NCBI GenBank assembly: GCA_030141605.1
Contig: JAQGDQ010000995.1
Coordinates: 7,690-71,689 of the forward strand
Reading direction: 5' to 3'
Origin: Tubiluchus corallicola
Taxonomy: Eukaryota; Animalia; Priapulida
DNA: 64,000 nucleotides
This document shows, one piece after another, positions 13,586 to 26,300 of this stretch (position 1 is its first letter; every line of letters begins with the position of its first letter). The position numbers and the translations under genes are program-made. The notes under the pieces were generated by a model. It made no database searches, was not told the DNA's origin, and worked only from the letters and a program-made list of their open reading frames with translations.

Positions 13586-14606
13586 TCTTTATATAGGAGA
13601 TATATAGCTCTTTAGAAAGCGAAAGAACAGGACTACACGATGATGTGGTCTAAATTTTAGGACACGTCCACCAAAAGGAGTTAATTAGATGTTCTATTTT
13701 TGGCAATTTGTGCTTAGAAAACTGCTGACGCAAAGCCATTGTTGTGACGTCATCCATTAAACTCTGTCTATAATCTTATAACTTTAATTCAGAAAAAGCT
13801 GCTGCTAGAGGCTTTGTGTTAGATAAACAGACAAACACTAGGTAGAATGTTCGCGCATTTTTGATAATAAGTGTATTTATAAGCAAAATTTTTTGCCGGG
13901 CCTTTGCTAGTCTATATATTAATTCTACTGGTATATATACAAGATTCGAGGCTACAGCTACGACGACGGCTCCATTAGAGGAAATCTATACATCAAACGA
14001 AAGGTCTCGACTTAGTGTCGTGCCATTGGGGGTTTATTTTTCGAATCGGGCCCACCGGGACGAATGGCGGGCGATAAACCTCCAAAAAGTGGCCATTTTT
14101 CGGCCATTTTTTGCAAAATTATACGTCTGAGATCTGAAGGACGGGAATGGGCCATGGGTGGTCCTGCCTATGGATAGATAGCCCGTTCAGCGGTGGGTGT
14201 AGTAGGAATATTTAGAATTTGCGAGAGGGCCACGGCGCCCCACAACGGGCGCTTTCCCGGACACAACTCGCGATTTTTTTGAAATTTTGACCAAACAGCC
14301 TGCGGAAAAAATGTTCTAGTGGCTCCTGGTGGAATTCTTAGAAGGAGATATATAGCTCTTTAGAAAGAGCGAGAACAGGGCTACACGATTGCATGAGCTA
14401 TATTTTAGGACACGTCCACCAAAAGGATTATCGACGAGTTAATTAGATGTTCTATTTTTGGCAATTTTCGCTTGGAAAACTGCTGACGCAAAGCCATTGT
14501 TCTGACGTCATCCATTACACTCTGTCCGTAACCTCATTACTTTAATTCAGTAAAAGCTGCTTCTGCTTGCTTCGTGTTATAAACGAGGACTGTGTAGGAT
14601 GTTCGG
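13500..14606 (+). mobile_element. Non-autonomous Helitron, two partial head-to-tail units
   Basis: Junction gcaaaa-tt-ttttgc hairpin..cctttgCTAG|TCtatatattaa at 13910/13911; homologous to 52328-53317. Confidence 0.75.
13542..13583. repeat. (TA)n microsatellite
   Basis: About 20 TA units seen directly. Confidence 0.95.
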
Positions 14607-17600
14607 CGCTGGGAACGATTTAATGTTTCCGACATATAAGTGATAACACGTTGACGTCCGTGAGAGTAAGTTTGAAAAAGTACCACTCCGATGCCGTAAT
14701 CTGAAGAATCAGTATGTAGGATGTAGCGTTTATTAGTTCCAGGGTATTTTGAAACTGGACTTTCTGTCAAAGCAGTCTTAAATTTATAAAAGGCCTCCTG
14801 TTGTGGGCTGTTTCATTGAAATGAATTTTCTTTTCTTAGCACCATAAGTGAAAGTTTGGCTATAATTGCAAAATTTTTAACAAATTTACGGTAATAGGTA
14901 GCTAATGCTAAAAATGTTCTTAATTTCTTCATATCAGTGGGAGGAAGAATGTCTTTAATTGCCGAAATTTTATCAGGATCAGTAGCAATTCCTTGCTGAG
15001 ACAAAACGTGAAATAATTATTTAATAGAAGTTTGCAGGAAAAAACACTTTTTCGGTCTACATTTTAAATTTGCTTTACGGAGTCGCAAAAATAAATCTTC
15101 TAAATCCGAAAAGTGACTTTCAGTATCAGGACTACAGCATACAATATCATCTAAATATGCAATTAAACGTCTTCTGCCTGTAGGAGTTATTAGATCGCGA
15201 GAAAGACGATCTACAAGTCGAGAAAATGTAGCTGGTGCATTTTTCAAACTGAAAGGCATTTTCGTAAATTTATATAAACCGTATGGGCTTACAAAACTAG
15301 TGAATGGTTGACTCTGTGATTCGACTGGCATTAGTCATATCTAAAGAGGAAAATATACTTGCTCCCTTCAATTCTAGTTTCAATATTAGGCTGTGGATAC
15401 GGGTCTGGTATAGCTCTTGAGTTTATTTGTCTTAAATCAACACATAAACGTTTGCCGCCATCTTTCTTTGGGACTAATAGAATTGGAGAAGCATAAGGGC
15501 AATTTTCAGCGGGAACAATTACATTGGCTTTCAACATAGTGTCTATAGCCTGTTAAACTACTGATTCTAAATTTGGCTTCGCATGATAAGGTGTGTAATC
15601 TGTCATTCTTATTTTAAATTGAATTTCTGTGGTTCCTGGAGCGTCAATAGGGTCTTCCGCAAAACAATCTACATATCTGAGAAGTATTCGAGTGAGTCTT
15701 TCTTTAACTACAATATCTGAAATATTGTCCAATTTTAATTCCTTTAAACACTTTCCGTGGCATAATATTAACAGATTGTTGGCGAATGCGTTTTTGTAAC
15801 AGGTTCCACCTGCAGCATTTTGTAGTGACTTTTACTGTGTCATTTTCGTCAAGAATGTGAAATATATTGGGAGCGTTATGTAATATAACTTCTGCTTTGT
15901 ATGGCGTCTTTTGTAACCTGCAGTCTTGGGGTAGTTTATATTTCGTCGCATGGTCCAGTGTTTCAACATGAAGTCTGAGAGTATAGGTAGGAGATGAATC
16001 TTGCTTCTATGTTAAACCTAAAGTAGAAGAACATTTGATTCTGCACTTGGGAAGCTAACTGTTGAACCAAATTCATAACCTCGGTGCATTTAGCAATATT
16101 AGAAACATGATACATGAGCGTTGGATCTTGTTCAAAAGCAAAACTGAGTACATCATTACGAGATATAATTACATCATCATTACCGCTATTACACAAAGGC
16201 ACATAAACTTATTTTTTGTGAGTTTTTACAATGCTGGGTAATATGTCACAAGCAGTTTCCTTAAAAATAGGTAATACACTTGATTTAACGAGTTCTAAAG
16301 TATGTACACCTGTTTCCTTATCCTTATGAATTTTTCCCGTAACATAGGCCGTACCAAATGTGCAAGATTTTGTTGGAATAATTATTTTAGCGGCTGCTTT
16401 TACCAAAAAGGTTTGTCCGTCTCTGGCTGGAGAGATTAATTGAAGTACCTCTTGATTTATAACTAAAATACCTTTGGCGATGTCTATAGCTGCTTGAGTA
16501 TCTTTAAAGAAATTCTAACCTAAAATTACAGGTTTTGAAAGTTGTTCAACCACATAGAATAAAACATCGAGCTTCTGCTTTCCTATTGTGACAGTTAAAA
16601 CACATTTACCTAATAATTTTAAAGTGCTCTTAGAAGCCGTATTAAGTAAAAAATTATCTTCAGGAGGGGCGAGATTCTTTTGTATCTCTACAGGAAGTTT
16701 ATTAAAAGTTGTGCTATCTAAAACGCTAACTTCTGCACCTGTGTCTAATATTGCTGAACAAGAAAAATTATGAATCTTAATATTACAACATGGAGCTATA
16801 ATCTCTGTACAAGCAAAAGAAATATATTTTTCTTGAGGGGAAACTTTACAAAAATTAGAATCGACTTGATTAACTGGAAAAATGTTTACACGTTGGGAAT
16901 AATTCGGTCTGTAATTATGCGACTGTGACGTCAGTCTGGAATATCAGAACTACCGAGCAGCATTGCAACCCCTTCGAATATAGTAGAACTGTATTCTAGT
17001 ATAATCTTGTGTATGTCCCATACTTAGGTTGCATTAATAGCTTAATTTAGCTAATTGCTTATGTTAATTGAATGAGTCATTAGTCAATTACTCATTAAGC
17101 GAATATGGCTTCCGACGAACATTTATTAACAATCGAAGTCAAGACTTAATTACTGTGGCGACACAAACTTATTAAAGGGCACTGACACACCACCGAGCCG
17201 TGAGGCGAAAACACCAATAAACTGGCTATTATTTGTTATTTGCTGTAAACGGAAATTCAGGAGATCTGGTGCAGAAACAACCAGGCGATGACCAGACGTT
17301 GTATCAATGGTAGTTCCACGAGCTGCACGGGTCAGGACTCCACTGCACTCTGCTAGGATTGGAGAAGTAACCACTTACGACTTCGGTACACCTGACAAGC
17401 ATTGTAGAAGTGGCCACGTAAAATTCCACCCCACCCCCTGCTCCAGCTTTGGAACAGTAACTGCTCTAGATTCCACGAAGTTCGCATAAGTCTTCTGTTT
17501 ATCGTAGGTTGTCTGGAAAAGTTGTTTGTAATTATAACAACTTTGTTGTTGTTTTGGATTAAAGTGAATTGTTTTTTTTAGTTCTTATTATTTCATTAAA

Positions 17601-18980
17601 CCAAGGATTTATCGGTAATATTAAAAACTGTTTTGTTTTCAGAAATTAGTAGCAAAAAGTGTTTGTGGTGTCGTAACGAAAGCGTCCTATATCACAGGTG
17701 ATACACCACATATCACAGCGACCATTCTGACGACCGCTAATTTTCACGAATGGCCGCCTTTAGTTTGCCGGTCTAGAATTAATGCATCGTCTATTAAAAT
17801 TGTCAGGTTGTGTCGCATTATTGTGGTATTTGTCCGAGGCGTCCATGTACGAGATTGTGTTGGGTGCGCAGAGTAAAATTATTATGTCTATTTGAGGCTC
17901 GCGGTTGAAAAAATAAAATCTTAGTTCATTCGATTATTACATGAAGATAAATTTCCGTTATTAAAGTTATTGAAATGGAGGGTTGGGTCGGTTAGACAAA
18001 CGATTATCATTAAAATGACTCATATTCGTGCCGAATTTTCGTGCATTATTATTAAAAACTGATGGGACGAATTGCCGAATTTGTCTTGGTTGTGAGTTAG
18101 ACTGGGTCAATGAAGCCACTGTCTTGTTCAAAGTCTGAACTAAGCTCTGTACATTACTTAAAAAGTGACCTTGTTGTGACAATGAATCTGCAAATAGTCG
18201 TAACGTATTTGGAGTTATATCTTGTGGGTTTTCTTGCAATTCTTGCGAAGTTAAATCAAATTCCATAGGCTGAGAGTTATCTGGGAAACAGGATCGAAGA
18301 TATTGACACATTTCAACAGGAGCTCCCCTATGTGCTGCTTCAGTTATTGCTAAAGTTAAAGTTATGGGGAGGCTCTCTGAGTAAATATTGTCTGACTTGA
18401 TCTCAGCGTATACCCAATGTAAATAATTGAACTAAAATGACTGAAATGCCGGTTGTATAATTTCATCTTCCGATTTAGCAATACGCGCTAATGTCATTAT
18501 CCGATCTCTGCTGTCTGGCTCGAGTTAATCCTATAAAAGCTTTATTAATCATTAATCTATCTGCATAAAGATCTCTTTAAGCATTTTTCAATTCTTGCGC
18601 CGTTCTAGTTTCAAGATTTGGATATTTAATAAGAAAGTGAGCAGCTGCGCCTGTAACAGTTCCCAATAATAAATGTTTGTAGGCGTGACCCGTGAAGGTA
18701 GTAAAGTCGGGGTTAAATTTAAAGATTGTTCAATATTATCAATACAATCTCGATATTTCAAAGTGCCGGGTTCGCCTGAAAATTTTGGTAAATGTTGGAT
18801 TTGTTGAGTTAGTGTTTGTTGCACCTGTGAGTCTAGATCACGTAAAAATTGTGTCTGTTCATTAGCTCATCTTAAATCACCTATTCTCTCTCCCTGTTGT
18901 AAATTTTGAGAAGCGTGGCAAGAAGCAAATGTTCGGGCTGCGGTGATTGTGGCGGGTGTGCCGATTTAGTAGCCATGACA
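14607..18980 (-). mobile_element. Degraded Ty3/Gypsy LTR retrotransposon (gag-protease-RT-RNase H; integrase absent)
   Basis: Gag-like PKFSGEPG (~18790); protease AILDTGAEVSV (~16725-16755); RT motifs YASPILLVPKKDGGKRLCVDLRQIN, MPFSLKNAPATF and YLDD; RNase H YILHTDSSDYGIGVVLFQ. Many stops and frameshifts. Confidence 0.92.
16924..17717. mobile_element. Solo LTR nested in the Gypsy gag-protease junction
   Basis: Termini TGTGA...TCACA flanked by a perfect 5-bp target-site duplication GCGAC (16919-16923 and 17718-17722). Confidence 0.85.
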
Positions 18981-20149
18981 AAAATAGTCTTTACAAGCAA
19001 CGTCCATTTGTAATTAAATTACAAAAGTGAAAGAGAGAAATAAAAAATTTACAGAATGCTGCGCAATTTACAATAAGTGTATTGAATGATCTTTACGACC
19101 CCCCAAAATGCTTAATATATTACGATATGCTTAATAATATACCATTTTGAGTTTATTTACAACCCACCAAAATAATCATAAATAATCACCTGTGAAAAGC
19201 CACGACCGGCATGGCAAAACTAGTAAAACTCAAGTTAAAAGGCAACACGTTTATCAAACATTAAACACAGTAAATATCATGATCATAAAGGATAGTAATG
19301 CCAAGCCTTCTGCGAATCGGTTCCTAGTTCTCTTCGATCTGCCTAGGTGTCGGGGATGACAAAGCTTTTACTAAACCCTTCATGCACCATGAGCTTCGGC
19401 GCATCGATCGCCTACGTCAGTCGGTCGATTATGAATCACTTGGTCACGTGATACCACACCTTAACTGGGCTTCATGCCAGCATTTCATCAGAATTAATAT
19501 TTAGCATAATTTAACACTTTTAACACAATTTAACAGCTCTTCTTTACTCAATGCGTAATAGCGACTGTGCATTAGTGTGTAAACACAGTTTTCAGCGGCA
19601 GCAAGTAATGAATAATTTTAATCTGTAATTATAACGCCTAATCTTATGAGAACATGGTGTATATTACACTGTTGATAAGTTATCGGGCCCACAGGTATAA
19701 AAATAAACAATAGGCCAGAAGAAAGTAGGATGCGCGAAAGTGTAATTGTGCTGCGAAGGCTCATTATGCCAGTTCACCGGGGTGTATCAAAGGTCTCTCA
19801 ATATCATCTCTGAAACATCACGCTCCACGCATTGACCAATCCGTGCCAGTCCGTCCACACTACGACAGTAATTGCTGGATTGTTTATAGGCTCATGAGTA
19901 GAAAGCTTAAAGTCATTTTTCTTCACTTAGTTGCATCGCAACACATTGTCTATTAGAATATTATTACACCATTTACAACTGTCAATCTAGGATTTTTTAA
20001 AAAAGAAAATATCAGCTCAGGGAATCCCAAAAAAATAGAATAGTGCTCAAAATTAAAGCCCATCATTTTAACTGCCATGTTTTCCATAGCTTTAGCTTTC
20101 ACATTCCCACGCCTACACAAATCTCTCAACCAATGAGAAAAATGGTATT

Positions 20150-20990
20150 TTACTATCACGCATATTCTGGCCTGCAATGTGGATACGGGTTGTGCTAATC
20201 TTCTGAGCACGTTGTGATGTCCTTTATCTGTTTCGGTTTCAACTTCACGTTTCTGCGTCGTTTGTTGAGAGCACATTCTGCTAAAAATTCCTTGCATCTC
20301 AATCGGTCCACTTTAGCAAGTCTCTGAGAAGTGGCTTCTATCATCTAATGCATCTCCGTGTCATTCCTACAGCCACTTCTAGTGTGTTGTTGTTGTTCTT
20401 GTTGTTGCTGATTATGCTGGCATTGATGGTTCTGCGGCTCACCAGCACGATTTTGCTTTATCTCATTTTTGGGGAAGAAAGGCCAACTGCGGCACTTTGT
20501 GTGGAAATATGGCACTTCTCATGTGAATGCTGTCGTCCATTTTTTGTTGCAAATCAAAAAGCACGTTCCACCTGTATCTTATCTCGCGGATTTTTGAGTA
20601 AAACGAAGTAGTGAGTGTTTAGACTGAGAGTTCTCGTTTCTTTACTCTGCTGAAAAAAATTATATATAACGAAAACCACGAAACAGGGTTTGCAGTGTGC
20701 TAGCTTTGTGAACATGTCCGTCGTCCATTTCGACGAGGCCAGTTCGGACATCATGCCGTCCACCACCACTAAATCTCCTGCCAGTAATACCTCATTTATG
20801 TCATCGCTGTACTCTACTTGTTGTAATTGTTTTCAGGTAGCAGAGTTTGCAATATCCACAATTCTCCGGGTTTGATATCAAACAATGAGCTCCGATAGAG
20901 GATCAGATTTTTCACAAAAGTGCTTTTCCCGGCACAAACTGGGTCCGGCCATCAACATGGTGCTACCGAGTTAAGTCGGGTTAAGCGGAC
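20150..20990 (-). mobile_element. Polinton/Maverick relic: packaging ATPase plus adjacent small conserved ORF
   Basis: Frameshifted Walker A (MLMAGPS..GKSTFVKNLI, ~20910-20960); LVVVDGMMSE..TRTLSLNTHYFVLLKNPRDKIQV; downstream FLAECALN..NVKLKPKQ..HHNVLRRLA resembles the small basic protein next to the ATPase in Mavericks. Confidence 0.8.
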
Positions 20991-21409
20991 GTTCTCATGT
21001 CATAAAATGATGGTTTAGTAGTAACGGTGCTTGCTTGTAGAAAAGCGATCTGTCTGCATGGTTACAACAGAGATGATAGCTACGTTCCAGCGATGATACT
21101 TACCTGTTGCTGATTATATTTTCCTGACGCTGATGATACATAACTTATTAAAGATTAAACTTACCGTCGATGATATCTGCTGCTGATGATACTTACCCGT
21201 ATTTACCTGACGTTGATGATACTGTCGTTGGTGCTTCCATGCTGTAACTACGAAATTGGCGATCCTTACCTTTTGACGAGTGCAGGAGCTTGAAGGCTAC
21301 TCTATTTTGGCGTCATATAATTGGAGGACGTCACCAGGAGTCGTCGTAGTTATGAGACGTCGTTAACATAATCAGATCCATGAAGAGGTAGTATAATCAA
21401 CCGTTCTAT

Positions 21410-21675
21410 TGCTAAATCATTCCATAATTTTGGTGCTGTTACGCTAAAACTGTGAAAACCATGTTTGACTAGATTATAAGTGTCGATGAATTACTTAGTC
21501 TAAGATTGCGATTGGGCACGTATGGTTTCAAAAAATCAGATATAAAGGAGGGCGCTAAATCGTTCAGTGCTTTGAATGTTAATAAGAGAATTTTGTGTTT
21601 TATTCTGAAAGAAACGGGCAACCAGTGTAACTGCAGGAGAACAGGAGTTATGTGATCATATTTTCGAGAACCTGT
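21410..21675 (-). mobile_element. L2/CR1-group LINE ORF2 C-terminal fragment
   Basis: Translates SRKYDHITPVLLQLHWLPVSFRIKHKILLLTFKALNDLAPS, a hallmark L2 C-terminal motif. Confidence 0.85.
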
Positions 21676-21689
21676 GTTGCAACGCGGTG

Positions 21690-22303
21690 TTACTAAGGTT
21701 TCTCCTTCCCAAGAAAATGTACAAATTTTATTTCATCCCTACAAGCTTCGAGTACAGACATATTTGATGATGAAACATTACAAGTAAATGTGAGATGACA
21801 CAAAGTCCTCAAAAAAGCTGTTCAACAATCCCTGTACTCCTCCACCAAAGCTTGGCAAAGTATAACAGACTGTAATATGTGTCAAGGCGTGGTCTGATTA
21901 CCATGACGCCACTGTTGAAATGCAGGCCAGCCAATATTAGGAAAGGCTGAAAATTCTTGTTTCAGAAACAACTCATCAGTATTTTGCAGGACAAGGGGAT
22001 GTGCACCCATGAAAATGCATTTAGAGTAACGTGTCAAATCCCAACAATGAAGCTTGGTGTATGTTGCTCTCAACTCGGGACGTCCTGTATATAGTGCCTC
22101 TAAACTATCACAGGTTTCTTCAACAAGCTCGTCGTCATCAGAATTTGCATCCTAATTTTCGACGAGAGCTGCGCTGTTACCATGACAACTATGCTACGTT
22201 TTTGTTTTACGCAAAGAATAAGCTAAGACAATAGTACTTTGAGCACAGAAGACACTAGTTGCAAGAGTCAATAGCCTTCATTTGGGGTTAGTAAATTACC
22301 CAT
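21690..22303 (-). pseudogene. GYG1: Intronless glycogenin (GT8) pseudogene
   Basis: Across frameshifts: TLATSVFCAQSTIVLAYSLRKTKT..IVVMVTAQLSSKIR..RPELRATYTKLHCWDLTRYSKCIFMGAHPLVLQNTDELF..FSAFPNIGWP..NSGVMVIRP..GGVQGLLNSFF..KFVHFLGKEKP. This is colinear with the glycogenin catalytic domain; the DAD motif reads GAH. Confidence 0.88.
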
Positions 22304-22800
22304 TGTCTGTTGCGTTTTTACCAATGATATTGCTTCGGAAATTGAACCTTCGCTAGTTTCTCAAATAGAGTAAACTGCAGCTTCAGCACTCGTTGCTTTG
22401 AGCTTCATCCCCAGAACTATGCGTTCTTCTTGCTGCTCTAATTGTTGTTGTAGCAGTTCCATTTCTTTTTGTCTTTGTCCAAGCTCTTGCTTTTGCGCGA
22501 AAGCATCCCTTTCTACTAGCAAAGGAGCTTTTCTAGCCTCTGCTGCTACATTTTTTGACCAAACAGGAGATACAGCAGATGCTTTGGAAAATCCTTTATA
22601 AGATTTAGATATTGAAGCTTGTTCTTCGTGGACTTCTTCACGGGTGGCCGAATAGCCTGGCTCAACAGGTAAAATTCCAATAATATTCTCTTTTATTCTA
22701 TCAATAAGCTCGGCCCATATAATGACCCAGATACCTCTAACCCTTTCTCTTTGAACGTTTTCTTCAATTGCTCAACAGTGCAATTTTCTATGACAGGCAT
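22304..22800 (-). mobile_element. LTR-retrotransposon Gag-like N-terminal relic with SAP-like domain (BEL/Pao-like)
   Basis: MPVIENCTVEQLKKTFKEKGLEVSG..AELIDRI (SAP-like), then a coiled coil AAEARKAPLLVERDAFAQKQELGQRQKEMELLQQQLEQQEER resembling BEL/Pao Gag N-termini. Confidence 0.55.
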
Positions 22801-25599
22801 TATAAAAGAATTAGCATAAACTATGATAAAATCAATATTAAACAGCGCTGTACATATTCAACTATGTAATAGCTATGCAACAATGTATACATAAAAACAA
22901 ACACAGAATTATCATTATTATTATAATTATTCTATTATCAAACTTGTAATACAGCTCTGCATTTTTACCTGCAGTCAGAAAAAGGTCATTTTTTATATTA
23001 AAAAATAGCAACAAGTAAACTTTTCATAATTCGCCTTGCAGCCTGGTTGCTTCAGCTAGGTAAGGCAGGTAAGCTGATTATCTGTACAGTCTGGTTTCCT
23101 GTGATGTGTGAAACTAGGTCGCCTGCCTCAAGGTGGCAGAATGACTCCTCGCTTTCAAGGGACACAATTCTTTGCATTTGGCACTAGTTTCTTTTTCGTA
23201 AACAACTTATTTGTGGGTCTTTTCCACCCAATAGCAATTCGTATCTCATCATACTGAACATGCACTATATAATGTTTTCACTTCGTTCATGGCTCTGCCT
23301 TATGTCCATTAAATATTTTTCCTTTCTTCAGCTTCAGTGTTCTTTCAAAGATTTTGCCAGCACTAATTGCAAATTTGCACAGAGACTCTTGTGGATGCGC
23401 CGTACATTCTCCTCTTCAAGAAAACATGTTTTCGAGTTCAGTGCATCACTTCTAAAGCATGTTGGTTGTTGTGCATTATAAACAATTGCTGCACTCTTTA
23501 ACTCAATTACGTCTATAACTATAACATAAACCCACTCTTTGCCCTATCGACAACAGCATTTTACAGCAAGTATTCTGCTGTTTGTCATGATAACGCATCT
23601 CATTATCCCAGCCTCCAAAGCTGGAGATTGAGGGACTTTGACTTGGTGCCACAGGTTTCGATTTTCAGAGAAGCTTAAGATTTCAAAGCTTTTTTGTTTA
23701 CAGATCAAAGCTTCTGGCTTGAATGCAGACGCTAATTTTATAAATGGCAGCTCAATTTACAAACACGACTAGCTCTTCTCAACAACAAAAGCTTAATCCA
23801 GGTCTAAGCCGATTAACTCTAAGATAATTTGCTCAAATCCTAGAAAACAGGCAGCTAGTCACTTCCCGAGAAATTATGTGAATCATAGTTTACAGGATGA
23901 AGGGCATAAATCCTAATAGCCAGGCGCCAATCATTCATCCAGAATTTATCCCTCTGGCAGCCAATGTGGGAATATTTGTAAACATCTAAGGATGATGACA
24001 GAAAGCTTCCCGCCTTAAAAAATAAAATTTCTAAAAATAAATGCAGGTAGAAATAAGTGAGTATTAACTAGACACGTCAAAAACACATTTATTTCATAAT
24101 CTCCGGCAGCAAGATAATAAAATAAAAATTTGTTCATCTGACATTCCCTGCTGCTGTGTGGCAATTAATACGAGATCTGAAACTTCGCACAAAGTTTAAC
24201 AAATACGTCAGAATTATTGTCAAAAAGTTTTAAAAGTTGCTCTTTACTGGTGTTATCATGTGGCTCTCGTTTGTTTCCTCAAACTGCTATCTCGAAAATA
24301 TAAGCAACTTCTGTTGCGCTTCTACGAATCAACAAAGCGCTAAATTGTTTTGTTGACATTATAAGGTGTGTTGCTTCTTTAATCTTTGGTTGTTAAGCAG
24401 CTTATAAGATTAAGTTACAAGATTAACATCAGTCCACTAATAATGACATTCTTAGGGCAACAGTGGCCACTATTCGGTCAAGTATTCAAGGCAGGAAAAT
24501 TTACCCTTTCTGAGGATTTTAAACAAGTTAATTTTTTACCTGCAAATTGGACAAAATTAAATGCATGACGAGATAGAAAGAGAGAAAGAGGAGAGCGGGG
24601 GGAGGGCAAAAGAGAGAGACAAAAACGCTAGTGTATCTGTGCTTAGGGTTGGGATAATGACATTTAAGGATAGTTCCGGCTGATATCAGTGTTTGGAATC
24701 TACAACTTGAAGAAAGACACTAATCCCTCTCTAGCTGAGTGCATAATTGTTCTGCAAAAGCTAATTTCCTAAAAGACACAAAGCTTGCGAGTGTTCACCG
24801 TGGGAAAACCTAATCCCTGAAAGACAGATAGGGCTTATTTTTTCTAGCTGGGTTTTATAAATGACAGAAAATTTGCAAACACTCGCTGTGATAAAAGCTA
24901 ATCTGAGCTTAAAGCTGATTTTCTTTACGATAATTGACTTTAATTTGAAAAATAGGCAGCAGACGTTATTACACTAAACCGCCGTCTTTTAAAGCAAAGC
25001 GACCTGTATGGGAACCGATAAAACTGTTGTAGCGGGATTCTTCCCTGTTATGTTGTTTGAATGTCATACTGATTTACAGCGATCGTTTTTATATTGCTTT
25101 TAAAACAAGAAATCTTACATTTTCCGTGTAAGACTGGTAAACAATTTTGACTAAGAAAGGTAAATCAGTAATTTTGCAGGGAAAGGTGATTTCCAGCACA
25201 ATAAACAAACTAAACCTCCACAGCTATGAACGCGACACATCTGCATACTAATATGCCACAGATAAGCAGGTCAGTTTTATAGTTTTCTTGATAACTGTGA
25301 GGTGATTTCTAATTATACCAGTCATAATTTTACCTTAGTACATTGTTCTCATAAAAAACTAATTACTGTACGTAAACGATATCAAGAAAAATGAGTCCCA
25401 ATCCTCAGGATTATGGTATCTGGAATTGCCACAAAGAGAAATGTTAAAATCGCCCCAAACAGCCGTTTGATGCAATTGAACTGAAATTAAAAATAAGTAT
25501 TGTTGATCTACTTGCACTAGCTTTGTTAATCTTCTAAAAATTAATTTTAGTTTGTCTTAAAGAAAATGTCCAAATTTCTTGCTATTTCGTTTAAAACAC

Positions 25600-26300
25600 G
25601 CTATACCTGGTAAAGCATTCCTTGATAATGATGCATTGTCTGTAAGTGTTTAGGAGAAATATCTTTGCAATATATTGTGCGCTAATCTAAGCAACAACTT
25701 CTTCTATTAGTCTTTTTTATATACGGATTACACTTTAATAAGAAAAGCTTCTGTGCGCTCAGACGTTGTTATTTAAGAGTTACTGCTGCAATGTTTCCTG
25801 TATGTCTTTATGGACTAATTATAATAATGGTGCGATAAATAGACTGGGTATTCCATTACAACAATGGTATGAGAAAACTGCTTCGCTTAAAGTACGGTTG
25901 CAGTACTTCTGGCATGTGTATAAACCTTTTTCTACCACATTTTAGTCACATTAGCAGAATATCATGTAATAAAGTTCGAAATACGTTACTATTGCACACT
26001 GACAATAGTATTTTAACTGCTATTATTAACTCATATAGACTTCTCAAATACCTTAATTCACTATATATGTATAGTACGACACAATGGTACTTCTAAACAA
26101 GCTAAATATGTACATAAATAATTGTTGTGATTTTCCTGAATGCCTATGTGTACAGCAAAAGAAAGTGAGTTTGTGTGAGTTTATAGCTGCTGTTTATTGT
26201 TGTCTAATGTTAGTGTAGGTGTATGGCTCGTGATGCTTTGCGTTGTAAACTACCGAGAGGGCATGCCAATCTTTATTTACAAAATTGCACATTTGTTAAA
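25600..26300 (+). mobile_element. Non-LTR retrotransposon ORF2 3-prime end fragment
   Basis: TLLFKSYCCNVSCMSLWTNY..YNNGMRKLLRLKYGCSTSGM matches the LF.SYC...LW...YNN..R.LL.L...CSAS.M C-terminal motif of a common LINE clade. Confidence 0.6.

Noticed and set aside
23100-23720. Possible decayed carbohydrate sulfotransferase (MMRYE..DP-like) on the minus strand
   Set aside because: Only one weak motif among many stops; I cannot support it without an HMM search.
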